Below are positions 9,194 to 19,153 of a stretch of DNA of 64,000 bases, piece after piece. The notes beneath the pieces are model-generated. The model was not told the origin of the DNA. It saw only the letters and a list, made by a program, of their open reading frames with translations, and ran no database searches. The DNA comes from a virus: the IMG/VR virus record IMGVR_UViG_3300042386_001406, positions 12,525 to 76,524 of that record; one strand, given 5' to 3'. Position numbers and translations under genes: made by a program. Numbering within the stretch: position 1 is the first letter of the stretch; the number at the start of each line of letters is the position of its first letter.

Positions 9194-10503
9194 CAGGTAT
9201 CAACGCAGCAACCAAATTAGTAGACAACGGATACCCAGGAGAACTAATCACTATTATTGATAAAGGAAACGATCCTATTAATCGTTTACCTGAAGAAGTA
9301 ATGACAGGTATGCTTGGTGCTGGTGGTTGGAGTGATGGTAAATTAACATACCATACAGCAATTGGTGGTCAATTGTCTAAATACTGTGGTGAAGAAAAAG
9401 CAATGGAATTGATGAAACAAGTAGTAGATAACTTTACTCGTTTCCATCCTAAACCAGATGAAATATTCATGTCTGATCCACAGGAAGAACCTGAATTTAT
9501 TAAACCATACTTTGGTTTGAGAATGTTTCCTGTATGGCACATTGGATCTAATTTTCTACATGAAATTGCTAAAACATGGTATCAATATTTGTTAGATAAA
9601 GGAGTTAATTTTTGGTGGAATACAGTAGTATCTAATATTGATTTTAATAATAATAATATATTATTTAACCCACTTGGCATATCAGGTCCTACCCTCAGAT
9701 TAAAATATGATGAATTAATATTTGCAGTAGGTAAATCAGGTATTGATTTTGCTCAAAAATTAGCTGATGAATATACATTACCTAATGAACCTAAATCAGT
9801 ACAAATTGGTGTTCGTTTTGAAGCACCACAAAAATACTTCCAAAAACTAATTGATGTATCTTATGATTTCAAATTATATCAAAAATTTGATAATGTTAGT
9901 TTGCGATCGTTTTGCACTAACAATAATGCAGCTTATGTGGCTGTTGAGGAAACCTATGGCGACATTAGCTACAATGGTCATGCTAAGAAAGGAAAGGAAT
10001 TTGAAAACCAAATGACTAACTTTGGTATATTGATGGAAATCAAGGGTATTGAAGATCCATTTAAATGGTCAAGAGATGTAGTAGAATTATGTCAAGCTAA
10101 TAAAACAGGACTATATTACTCACCTAACATGACTCGCAAACCAGGATTAACATCTGAAGGAACAACAGTATCAGCTTGGGAAATATCAGAACATTCATTA
10201 GGTAATGTTAGACATGCTATGGGTGGATATTTTGAACATATTGAAAACTTTATTGATGATATGAATAAAATATTCGAGTTTGGTGATGATTGGGGTATGT
10301 ATATTCCTGAAGTAAAGTATTTAAGTCCTGAACCATTAGTGAATTACCATGACTTATCATTAAAACAATTTCCAAATGTGCATTTTGTAGGAGATGCTTT
10401 AAGTGCTCGTGGTATTACAGTTGCTGGTTCACAAGGAATTTATGTAGCTGAATCAATTATTAGAAAAGAAGCACTTATTGAATTAATGAACATGGGTGAA
10501 TAA
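9157..10503 (+). CDS. FAD/NAD(P)-dependent oxidoreductase
   Basis: IVGAGVAG Rossmann motif, GAGGWSDGKL, C-terminal FVGDALSARGI. Confidence 0.85.
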   Translation: MDKRIVIVGAGVAGINAATKLVDNGYPGELITIIDKGNDPINRLPEEVMTGMLGAGGWSDGKLTYHTAIGGQLSKYCGEEKAMELMKQVVDNFTRFHPKPDEIFMSDPQEEPEFIKPYFGLRMFPVWHIGSNFLHEIAKTWYQYLLDKGVNFWWNTVVSNIDFNNNNILFNPLGISGPTLRLKYDELIFAVGKSGIDFAQKLADEYTLPNEPKSVQIGVRFEAPQKYFQKLIDVSYDFKLYQKFDNVSLRSFCTNNNAAYVAVEETYGDISYNGHAKKGKEFENQMTNFGILMEIKGIEDPFKWSRDVVELCQANKTGLYYSPNMTRKPGLTSEGTTVSAWEISEHSLGNVRHAMGGYFEHIENFIDDMNKIFEFGDDWGMYIPEVKYLSPEPLVNYHDLSLKQFPNVHFVGDALSARGITVAGSQGIYVAESIIRKEALIELMNMGE

Positions 10504-10541
10504 CCTGGATTAATAACTTATATTTAATTAAATTAAATTAT

Positions 10542-10775
10542 ATGGCTAAACAAACAAGCGGAGTTAGAAAAATTAAAACACCTGATGGTACAATTATATA
10601 CATGCTTGAAGGTAAACTCCATAATTGGGAAGAACCAGCTGTGATACATCCAAATGGTAAAAAAGAATATTGGTTATTTGGATATCAATATAGTAAAGAT
10701 GAGTTTATGGACCGTAAACGTGACACTAATGGTATTCCACCAGCTAAGGATCCAAAATATGATACACGTCTCTAA
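10542..10775 (+). CDS. Small hypothetical protein
   Basis: GKLHNWEEPAVI..G.KEYWL motif typical of large-virus small proteins. Confidence 0.6.
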   Translation: MAKQTSGVRKIKTPDGTIIYMLEGKLHNWEEPAVIHPNGKKEYWLFGYQYSKDEFMDRKRDTNGIPPAKDPKYDTRL

Positions 10776-10789
10776 CAAATAAAAATAAT

Positions 10790-11311
10790 ATGAAGATAGG
10801 ATTATGTGGAACAATGTCAGTTGGTAAAACAACCTTAGTTAAGGATTTAGCTAAACTTGAGATATTTAAAGACTATAAATTAGCAACTGAACGTAGTAAA
10901 TACTTAAGAGATTTAGGTATTCCATTAAATACAGATTCAACAGTTAATGGTCAGTTTGTATTTTTAGCTGAACGTGCTAGTGAATTATTACATGAAAATG
11001 TTTTAACAGATAGAACAATATGGGATGTATGTGCGTTTACAATGCTAGCTAAATCAATCAGTCTAACTGACAAGTCTAGTTTTGTGACAGCAGCAATGAC
11101 ATTAAGAGAACAATATGATGTTGTGTTCTATATTGATCCTATTGGAACTATGATGGAAGATAATGGTGTACGAGAAACAGATCTTGATTACAGATATGAC
11201 ATAAACCAGGAAATATTGCGCTTAATAACGCTTTATCCGCCTAAAAAACTAGTAGTTTTACGTGGTTCTACAGGTAGTCGTATAAATACTATATTAGATA
11301 ATATATTTTAA
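10790..11311 (+). CDS. P-loop kinase/ATPase (NadR/AAA_28-like)
   Basis: GTMSVGKTT Walker A, LTDRT..D, EDNGVRETD. Confidence 0.75.
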   Translation: MKIGLCGTMSVGKTTLVKDLAKLEIFKDYKLATERSKYLRDLGIPLNTDSTVNGQFVFLAERASELLHENVLTDRTIWDVCAFTMLAKSISLTDKSSFVTAAMTLREQYDVVFYIDPIGTMMEDNGVRETDLDYRYDINQEILRLITLYPPKKLVVLRGSTGSRINTILDNIF

Positions 11312-11339
11312 AATATTTATTAACACATAACAATTAAAC

Positions 11340-12308
11340 ATGGCAGACAATTTTGATCTTAGAAAATTTATTACTGAAGCGAAACTTAAAATTAAAGTTC
11401 CTGTAAAGGAAATGGCGCGTATCGCTAAAGAAAAATATAAACTCAATCCAGACTTTCCACAAATTGAAGATAGAATTGCTAATCCTAGCAACTTTAAAAC
11501 AGATAGAAAACAACAAGTAGTTAATTACTTTGTTAAAAAAGCAAAAGACGAGAGTATTGATCCAATGGAAGTTGAATTGCTAAAAAGTGATATTGAAAAA
11601 AATTCAGCTCCTGGTATTAACTGGTCTTTCACTCCTGATATTCGTAATCAACTTTTAAAAGCCACAACTGTTAAACCAGAAAAAGCAGCTGATGAAGAAC
11701 CAGGTGAAGGTGATATATTTGGTGGCGCTGATGATGCTGAAGATTTGTTTGTAGGTAAAGGTAAACTTAAATCTAAAAAAGCAAAACCAGAAACAGGGGA
11801 TGAAGAGCCAGGTGAAACAGATATCACTAAAATTAAAGCACCAAAATCAACAGCTGCTGGTTCTAAAGCTGGTGAGTGGTTTGTAGATAACAGTGACTTA
11901 ATTGATCGTATTATTAAACAATATGCTCAATCAAATATTAAAACAGGACGCGCTGTTAAAGAAGCAGAAGATGGTGGTTTATCAAGTGCTGATTTCAAAG
12001 CAGCTCAAGCTAAATCTAAAGAAGCAGCTAAAGCTGGTTTACCTGACTTAGTAAAACGTCTTGTAGACAAAATTGAAGTTTTAAAAGATGAAGATTATAA
12101 TGCTTATGTTAAAGTATTAAATGATCTTGACAAATATAAATTCGGAGCTACTAATACTAAAGGAGTAATGAAAATGATCCTTAAATCATTAGGCGAAGAT
12201 AAACTTCCAGCTATTGGATCTAAGAGAAAAGATAGTGAAGAAGATGAATTTAAAAAATTAGGTATTGATGATACAGACATTGAAATTGATGGTGAAGAGG
12301 AACTCTAA
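11340..12308 (+). CDS. Hypothetical protein (MADNFDLRKFITE leader); probable head-internal protein
   Basis: Leader shared with the 18157 ORF; highly charged. Confidence 0.6.
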   Translation: MADNFDLRKFITEAKLKIKVPVKEMARIAKEKYKLNPDFPQIEDRIANPSNFKTDRKQQVVNYFVKKAKDESIDPMEVELLKSDIEKNSAPGINWSFTPDIRNQLLKATTVKPEKAADEEPGEGDIFGGADDAEDLFVGKGKLKSKKAKPETGDEEPGETDITKIKAPKSTAAGSKAGEWFVDNSDLIDRIIKQYAQSNIKTGRAVKEAEDGGLSSADFKAAQAKSKEAAKAGLPDLVKRLVDKIEVLKDEDYNAYVKVLNDLDKYKFGATNTKGVMKMILKSLGEDKLPAIGSKRKDSEEDEFKKLGIDDTDIEIDGEEEL

Positions 12309-12642
12309 AACCATCGGAAAGTTATTTATTGTGATAGGTGGGGTTATATTTTTATACTTATTTATCCTATTGGTTACATCAAAGCAAGGTATGCCTGCTG
12401 ATATTAAGGCTACTATTGACTCATTAACAGCAGTTAATAAGCAATTAATTGAGCATCAACAACAAATTGACAGTACAATTAATGCTTATGAGGCTGAAGT
12501 TGATCAAATTGACTTTCAAGTAGATAACATTAAGGAAAAAACAACTATTATTCGTGAGTATTACCATGAAGTAGGTCAACAAGCTGAGCAATATACTCCA
12601 ACACAGGTAGATTCATTTTTTAAAGCTAGATACGGATACTAA
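12289..12642 (+). CDS. Type II membrane protein with coiled coil (i-spanin-like)
   Basis: N-terminal TM LFIVIGGVIFLYLFILLV, then coiled coil. Start uncertain (12265 or 12289). Confidence 0.5.
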   Translation: MVKRNSKTIGKLFIVIGGVIFLYLFILLVTSKQGMPADIKATIDSLTAVNKQLIEHQQQIDSTINAYEAEVDQIDFQVDNIKEKTTIIREYYHEVGQQAEQYTPTQVDSFFKARYGY

Positions 12643-13034
12643 TGAAATACATTTTAATTATATTAGCGTTTTTACCTATATTTGGTTACGCTCAACAAGA
12701 TACTATTAAAATACCATCTCCTGTAGCTAAATTAATTGTTAAAGATTTAGTTAGTGGTGATAGTGCTAAGGCTGAGTTAAAATTATGTAATGAAAATATT
12801 ACATTATTAGAAAAGAAAGTAACATTAAAAGATAGTATTATATCAGGACATGTTCAAAAAGGTATGTTATATGAAGAACGTATCAAAAATGAACAGTTAA
12901 AATTTGATGCTCAACAATTATGGGTTGATCAATTAAGAAAAGATAATAAGAAATTAAAAGCTAAATTAGTTTTCACTAAACTATTAGGAACTGCTGTTAT
13001 AGGCGGTTTAGGCTATTTATATTTAACTAAATAA
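12642..13034 (+). CDS. Exported coiled-coil protein with signal peptide and C-terminal membrane anchor
   Basis: MKYILIILAFLPIFGYA|QQ and C-terminal LLGTAVIGGLGYLYL. Confidence 0.55.
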   Translation: MKYILIILAFLPIFGYAQQDTIKIPSPVAKLIVKDLVSGDSAKAELKLCNENITLLEKKVTLKDSIISGHVQKGMLYEERIKNEQLKFDAQQLWVDQLRKDNKKLKAKLVFTKLLGTAVIGGLGYLYLTK

Positions 13035-13056
13035 GATCCTTGCAATCCCATGCACT

Positions 13057-13087
13057 GAGGCTTAACCGGTAAGGTTAGGCCTCTTTT
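13057..13087 (+). terminator. Rho-independent terminator
   Basis: GAGGCTTAACC-GGTAA-GGTTAGGCCTC plus TTTT. Confidence 0.75.
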
Positions 13088-13089
13088 AT

Positions 13090-13097
13090 ATATTTAT
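13090..13097 (+). promoter_or_regulatory. ATATTTAT putative late promoter (representative of 23 intergenic copies)
   Basis: Same 8-mer precedes most structural genes; positions are listed in the findings. Confidence 0.7.
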
Positions 13098-13111
13098 ATA
13101 CAAACAGTTGC

Positions 13112-14704
13112 ATGAGCGATCAACAACAGAATATTAAAGATATTATTAAACAGGAATATGTTAAATGTGCTACTGATCCTGTTTATTTTATGAAAAAATA
13201 TTATTGGATTCAACACCCACAACGTGGTCGTATCCAATTTAATTTATATCCATTTCAGGAAGGTGTATTACATCAGTTTAAAAAGAATCGTTACAGTATA
13301 GTTAACAAGTCAAGACAGTTAGGTATCTCTACTCTAGTGTCAGCTTATTCACTTTGGTTAATGTTATTTAACAAAGACAAAAACGTACTTTGTATAGCCA
13401 CTAAGCAAGAAACTGCTAAAAACATGGTTACCAAAGTAAAATTTGCTTATGATAACCTACCCAGCTGGCTTAAAATAAATGCTTTAGAAAACAATAAACT
13501 AAGTTTAAAACTAGCAAATGGATCTCAGATAAAAGCAATTGGTGCTACTGGCGACGCAGGTCGATCTGAAGCAGTATCATTACTGTTACTAGATGAGGCC
13601 GCCTTTATTGAAGGTATAGATGAGATATTTGCCTCTGCTCAACAAACTTTGGCCACTGGTGGTCAATGTATAGCTATTTCAACTCCATTTGGTACAGGTA
13701 ACTGGTTCCATAGAACATTTATTGGTGGTGAAGAAGGAAAAAACGGATTTGTATCTATAAAATTACCTTGGACAGTACACCCAGAACGAACTCAAAAATG
13801 GAGAGATGAACAAGATGCTATCTTAGGAATTAGAAACGCCGCTCAAGAATGTGATTGTGACTTTACAACTTCAGGTGATACAGTTGTTGAACCTGATATT
13901 TTAAATTTTTATATATCAACATATCAAGTAGATCCTATCTCAAAAGGTGGATTTGATGGTAACTTATGGCGTTGGGAATTTCCAGATTATACAAAACAAT
14001 ATATGGTTGTTGCTGACGTAGCTAGAGGTGATGGTAAAGATTATTCAGCTTGTCATGTTATTGATATAGCTGAAGCTAAACAAGTAGAAGAATATAAAGG
14101 ACAAATTGGTACTCGTGACTATGGTCATCTATTAGTATCAATAGCTACAGAATGGAACAATGCTTTGTTAGTAATTGAAAATGCTAATATAGGATGGGAC
14201 ACAATTCAAACAGTTATAGATAGAGGATACCAAAACATGTATTACTCATCTAAATCAGACACAGCTAATATTACAATGGATAATTTCTTAAGTCGAAACG
14301 ACAGTAATTTAATACCTGGTTTTACCAACTCAACAAAAACTAGACCACTTGTAGTAGCTAAATTAGAGGCTTATATGCGTGATAGAGCTTGTGTTATTCA
14401 ATCACGTCGATTATTAGAAGAATTAAGAACATTTGTTTGGAAGAATGGTAAAGCACAAGCTAATGATGGATATAATGACGACTTGATAATGGCTTTTGGT
14501 ATTGGTATGTTTTTACGTGATACAGCTTTAAAATTCTCTCAAACAGGTATGGACTTAACTCGCGCTTCACTTGGAGGTATAGGAAAAATTTCATATAATA
14601 CCGGACCAAGTGGCTTTTATACCCCACATAGTCCGCAACAAAATAATCCTTGGCAAATGGATAATGGTAGAGGACAAATGGAAGATATTAGCTGGTTGGT
14701 TTAG
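13112..14704 (+). CDS. terL: Terminase large subunit (T4 gp17-like)
   Basis: KSRQLGIST Walker A, LLLLDEAAF Walker B, ISTPFG, VADVARG nuclease motif, DDLIMA. Confidence 0.95.
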   Translation: MSDQQQNIKDIIKQEYVKCATDPVYFMKKYYWIQHPQRGRIQFNLYPFQEGVLHQFKKNRYSIVNKSRQLGISTLVSAYSLWLMLFNKDKNVLCIATKQETAKNMVTKVKFAYDNLPSWLKINALENNKLSLKLANGSQIKAIGATGDAGRSEAVSLLLLDEAAFIEGIDEIFASAQQTLATGGQCIAISTPFGTGNWFHRTFIGGEEGKNGFVSIKLPWTVHPERTQKWRDEQDAILGIRNAAQECDCDFTTSGDTVVEPDILNFYISTYQVDPISKGGFDGNLWRWEFPDYTKQYMVVADVARGDGKDYSACHVIDIAEAKQVEEYKGQIGTRDYGHLLVSIATEWNNALLVIENANIGWDTIQTVIDRGYQNMYYSSKSDTANITMDNFLSRNDSNLIPGFTNSTKTRPLVVAKLEAYMRDRACVIQSRRLLEELRTFVWKNGKAQANDGYNDDLIMAFGIGMFLRDTALKFSQTGMDLTRASLGGIGKISYNTGPSGFYTPHSPQQNNPWQMDNGRGQMEDISWLV

Positions 14705-14734
14705 ATAAATATTTATAACATATACTAAGATATT

Positions 14735-16624
14735 ATGGGATTATTTGATAATTTAAAACGATTATTCTCTTCAGATGTCGTTATTCGTAATGTAGGCGGC
14801 GATGAACTAAGAGTAATTGATACAGATCGTATACAGTCATTAGGTACTTTACAAACTAATGCACTTGTAGACCGATTTACCAAAATTTATACAACATCTG
14901 GTGCTGGTATTTACAACGTTAACAACGTTTATAACTACCAAACACTAAGAGTTCAACTTTATACTGACTATGAAGCTATGGATACTGACGCTATTGTAGC
15001 TTCAGCACTTGATATTATAGCCGATGAGTGTACTTTAAAAAATGAACATGGTGAAATGCTCCATGTTCGCTCTAGTGATGAAAATATTCAAAAGATATTA
15101 TACAACTTATTCTATGATGTGTTAAATATCGAATTCAACTTATGGAGTTGGGCTCGTAACATGTGTAAGTATGGTGACTTTTATCTTAAATTAGAAATAG
15201 CTGAGAAATTTGGTGTATATAATGTTATACCATTCTCCGCTTACTCAATTATCAGAGAGGAAGGTACTAATCCTAAAAATCCTACTTATGTAAGATTTAA
15301 ATATGATCCTACATCAGTATCTGGTATCACTACTCCTCAAACACAGTACGCTTTAGGTACATCAACATCAGATATTTACTTTGAAAACTATGAAATGGCT
15401 CACTTTAGATTAATAAGTGATGTTAACTATTTACCTTATGGTAGAAGTTATTTAGAGCCAGGCCGTAAGATATTCAAACAAATGATATTAATGGAAGATG
15501 CGATGTTAATTCATCGTATTGTTCGTGCTCCTGAAAAACGTATTTTCTATATGAATGTAGGTGCTATTCCTCCAAATGAGGTAGAAGCATTTATGCAAAA
15601 AACAGTACAAAAACTTAAGAAAGTACCTTTTGTAGATCCAACAACAGGCCAATATAACCTTAAGTACAATATGATGAACATGATGGAAGACTTTTACATT
15701 CCTGTAAGAGGTAACGACCAATCAACTCGTATTGATACAGCAAAAGGTTTAGAATATAATGGTATTGAAGACGTAGCTTACTTAAGAGATAAGTTATTCG
15801 CTGCTCTTAAGATACCTAAAGCATTTATGGGTTATGAAAAAGACTTAACTGGTAAAGCTACATTAGCCGCTGAAGATATTAGATTTGCTCGTACAGTAGA
15901 ACGTATTCAAAAGATATTATTATCAGAATTAACTAAGATTGCCTTAGTACACTTATATACTCAAGGATATGATGGTGAAATGTTAACCAACTTTGAGTTA
16001 AACTTAACTACACCTTCTATCATTTATGATCAAGAACGTGTTAACTTAATGAAAGAAAAAGTTGAGTTAGCAAGTAACATTATGGAGTCTAATTTATTAC
16101 CAACTGATTGGATTTATGATAACTTATTCCATTTCAGCCAAGACCAATATGATGAATATCGTGATTTAATTATTGAAGATAAAAAACGTAAGTTTAGATT
16201 AGCTCAAATTGAAGGTGAAGGTAATGACCCAGATGAATCAGGCCAGGTATATGGTACACCACACCAATTAGCTGTCGCTTATGGTAAGGGTAGAAAAGAT
16301 GGAGCTGTGCCAACAGGATATAACGAGAAAAATCCTAATGAACCTGTACACTTAGTTGGCCGTCCTGAGGCTTCAGTATCAAATATTAATCGTCAAGATA
16401 ATCCATTTGGTAAAGATAGATTAGGTACTAAATCATATAGCACAGCAGGTGTAGACCAAGAAGATACATTAGCAAAAACTCAATGGAAAGGTGGATCACC
16501 ATTAGCATTAGAAACATATCTTAAAAACAAGAAAATGTTTGATGGATTACCAGTAAATCGCCGTACAACTTTATTTGAAAGTGATTTACTGAATGAAAAC
16601 AACATCCGCGACGAGATCAAATAA
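14735..16624 (+). CDS. Portal protein (T4 gp20-like)
   Basis: LMEDAMLIHRIVRAPEKRIFY, MEDFYIPVRG, ALKIPKAF, DIRFARTVERIQ. Confidence 0.95.
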   Translation: MGLFDNLKRLFSSDVVIRNVGGDELRVIDTDRIQSLGTLQTNALVDRFTKIYTTSGAGIYNVNNVYNYQTLRVQLYTDYEAMDTDAIVASALDIIADECTLKNEHGEMLHVRSSDENIQKILYNLFYDVLNIEFNLWSWARNMCKYGDFYLKLEIAEKFGVYNVIPFSAYSIIREEGTNPKNPTYVRFKYDPTSVSGITTPQTQYALGTSTSDIYFENYEMAHFRLISDVNYLPYGRSYLEPGRKIFKQMILMEDAMLIHRIVRAPEKRIFYMNVGAIPPNEVEAFMQKTVQKLKKVPFVDPTTGQYNLKYNMMNMMEDFYIPVRGNDQSTRIDTAKGLEYNGIEDVAYLRDKLFAALKIPKAFMGYEKDLTGKATLAAEDIRFARTVERIQKILLSELTKIALVHLYTQGYDGEMLTNFELNLTTPSIIYDQERVNLMKEKVELASNIMESNLLPTDWIYDNLFHFSQDQYDEYRDLIIEDKKRKFRLAQIEGEGNDPDESGQVYGTPHQLAVAYGKGRKDGAVPTGYNEKNPNEPVHLVGRPEASVSNINRQDNPFGKDRLGTKSYSTAGVDQEDTLAKTQWKGGSPLALETYLKNKKMFDGLPVNRRTTLFESDLLNENNIRDEIK

Positions 16625-16660
16625 TATACATATTTATAATTAGTATCATTATACTAAACT

Positions 16661-17515
16661 ATGCGTATAAAACATAACAAATTTCGCAACACTGGTGTAT
16701 TATTTGAGCTATTAGTGCGTCAAATAGCATCAGACACATTGGCGAATACTGATTCTAAGGCGGTAAAGATTGTGAAAAAATATTTTCATAGTAATGAAAT
16801 AGCAAAAGAGCATAAACTCTATCATACTATTTTAACAGCGCCACGCTTAAGTGAAGGTAAAGCTGAAGCATTAGTTAATACTACTGTTGACTTAGCTAAA
16901 AAATTAAATAAAGAAACATTACTTAAGGAAAAATACAACTTAATTAAAGAAATTAAGAAGCATTATAATCTTGAAAGTTTCTTTAAAGCTAAAGTTAACA
17001 ACTATAAAGCTCTAGCTGCTGCTTACACATTATTTGAAGCCGCTATGGATAATAAGTTTGTTGAGCCTAAACAATTAGTGCTTAATAAACTTACTGTAAT
17101 GGAACATATCACTAAGAAAACCTTAGTTGAAAATAAAGAAAACGAAGTTGAACAAGTATTAGCTAAAGAAGATAAAAATGTACGTTTATTAGCATATAAA
17201 ATGTTAATTGAGAAGTTCAACACTAAATACTCAACATTAAGTACACGTCAAAAGTTAGTACTTAAAGAATTCATTAACAATATTTCTAATCCTGAACACC
17301 TTAAAACATATATCAACGAGAACCTTAATAAGGTTAAAACTGAGTTAACTGATTTAGTTAAACAAGTTAATGACAAAACAACTGAAATTAAGTTAAACGA
17401 AGTTATAACGTTGATAAAGCCAATATCTAACAAGTCGTCTGTAAAAGATGAACATTTAGTAGCATTACTTCAATATCAGCAACTAGCTGAGGAAATTAAG
17501 AAAGTAAATGGATAA
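16661..17515 (+). CDS. Conserved head-module hypothetical protein
   Basis: Helical ORF directly after the portal with its own ATATTTAT. Confidence 0.65.
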   Translation: MRIKHNKFRNTGVLFELLVRQIASDTLANTDSKAVKIVKKYFHSNEIAKEHKLYHTILTAPRLSEGKAEALVNTTVDLAKKLNKETLLKEKYNLIKEIKKHYNLESFFKAKVNNYKALAAAYTLFEAAMDNKFVEPKQLVLNKLTVMEHITKKTLVENKENEVEQVLAKEDKNVRLLAYKMLIEKFNTKYSTLSTRQKLVLKEFINNISNPEHLKTYINENLNKVKTELTDLVKQVNDKTTEIKLNEVITLIKPISNKSSVKDEHLVALLQYQQLAEEIKKVNG

Positions 17516-18155
17516 GAAAAAATTAGGAATTAAACTTAAAAAAGAAACATCGGCCACAGGAACCGGTGCTTCTGTAACTCCAGGTGTTGGTATGGGCGTA
17601 GCTACAAAATATGCTTTTAAGAAAAAAGTAAAAGAAGATGCCCCACAACTAGCAGCTGGTAAAGTAAAAGATAACTATGCTGTGTCTCATTTTGGTTTTA
17701 CTAATGCTCCATCTAAACCAAATCGTTCTTCAAAAGCAATTGACTATAAAGAACTATGGGAAGCAGGTGAATATGAGTCTTTAGCAGATATGTTAGCACA
17801 ATTAGGTGCTGAAGAAGATGCTGTTAAAGTACTTGTAAAAGCAGTTGAAATGGGAGCTTTAAAACCAACTGATGCTATTGAAATTGTTAAAAAAACAGTT
17901 AGCTTAAATGAAGGATACGCTCAGTTTAGAAATGAAACTAAAATGCGTTCTAAACCAGATCAGTTCCATCAAGCAGTTAAACAAATAAAAAGAAAAATGA
18001 ACGAAATCAATCGCATATTTGAATACGTTGATCGTTTAAAAAGTGAATTAAGTGAAGGTGAAGATTTAAAATATAAAAAATATACTGAAAATGCATTCCA
18101 ACAAATTAAAGAGAGTGCAAAATCATTATTTTTAAAATCTACAAAACTAAAATAA
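17508..18155 (+). CDS. Modular hypothetical head-region protein
   Basis: Segments split by VKE, LWE, LNE. Confidence 0.6.
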   Translation: MDKKKLGIKLKKETSATGTGASVTPGVGMGVATKYAFKKKVKEDAPQLAAGKVKDNYAVSHFGFTNAPSKPNRSSKAIDYKELWEAGEYESLADMLAQLGAEEDAVKVLVKAVEMGALKPTDAIEIVKKTVSLNEGYAQFRNETKMRSKPDQFHQAVKQIKRKMNEINRIFEYVDRLKSELSEGEDLKYKKYTENAFQQIKESAKSLFLKSTKLK

Positions 18156-18156
18156 A

Positions 18157-19014
18157 ATGGCAGATAATTTTGACATGAAACAATTCCTAGTTGAAAACAA
18201 ATTAGGTGCTTATTCTAAATTAAGAGAAAATCCAGAGCAACAATATTATGTTCATGATGAAGAAGGATTAGAAGAACCAATTGGTCCTTTCTCATTAGAA
18301 CAAGCTAAAGCTGAAGTAATTAAACAAGGTGAAGGCTGGAAATTGATTGATGCTGAAACAGCTAAAGAAATTTGGTCACATTTAGGTGAAGGTGAAGCTG
18401 CTTATGAATATGAGAAAGGTAAAGCCGCTGGTGAAAAAGAAGAAAAAGAAAAATTAGCTAAAGAAGATCTAGGACAAGATCGTACTGATGCTGAAGCAGA
18501 AAAAATGATGGATTTCTTAGCTGAGAAAAATGTAGAAGAAGTAAGCCAAAATACATTCATGGTTGTTGATAGAATTGAAGAAATTGTTAGTAATTTAGCT
18601 CGCAATATCTCAACTAACTCAAATATTCCAACACAAGATAAAATTGGTTTAGTACAAGCTCTTAAAGAATTAAAAGAGTATGTTGAAGATTTAGGTGTTG
18701 AACTTGAAATGAATGAAACTAAAAAACCAGTAAAAGAAGGTGAAGATATTTTCGCTGATATTGAAGATGATCTTATGCATGGAACTGATAGTAAGAGAGA
18801 TCAAATTGAATACTTACAAGAAGTTATTGACTGGTGTCAAAATAAAATAGAGAAAATTAAAGACACTAATATGGATGAAGCTATGGGTGGTAAAAATCCA
18901 GAAGGTGATAAATTAGTATTACGCTTTTTAAAAGGTGTAGCTAAAAAATTTGACTACCCTGTAGCACAAGCTGCTATATTTGTTAAAGATACAATTAAAA
19001 GTTTAGGATATTAA
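18157..19014 (+). CDS. Modular acidic protein (MADNFDMKQFLVE leader)
   Basis: Repeated xxE-delimited segments. Confidence 0.6.
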   Translation: MADNFDMKQFLVENKLGAYSKLRENPEQQYYVHDEEGLEEPIGPFSLEQAKAEVIKQGEGWKLIDAETAKEIWSHLGEGEAAYEYEKGKAAGEKEEKEKLAKEDLGQDRTDAEAEKMMDFLAEKNVEEVSQNTFMVVDRIEEIVSNLARNISTNSNIPTQDKIGLVQALKELKEYVEDLGVELEMNETKKPVKEGEDIFADIEDDLMHGTDSKRDQIEYLQEVIDWCQNKIEKIKDTNMDEAMGGKNPEGDKLVLRFLKGVAKKFDYPVAQAAIFVKDTIKSLGY

Positions 19015-19016
19015 TT

Positions 19017-19142
19017 ATGGCAAAAGCAATAAGAGGCGAAAGCCGCAAAGTTACATTTGGTAAACGTAAAGGCGGTAACGCTAAAAAATCATATAACAAA
19101 CATAGCCCTCGCCCAAAAGCATATCGTGGTCAGGGCCGTTAA
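19017..19142 (+). CDS. 41-aa basic protein ending YRGQGR (not in the ORF track)
   Basis: Translated by hand: MAKAIRGESRKVTFGKRKGGNAKKSYNKHSPRPKAYRGQGR; fills the intergenic gap. Confidence 0.75.
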   Translation: MAKAIRGESRKVTFGKRKGGNAKKSYNKHSPRPKAYRGQGR

Positions 19143-19153
19143 TATTTATTAGT

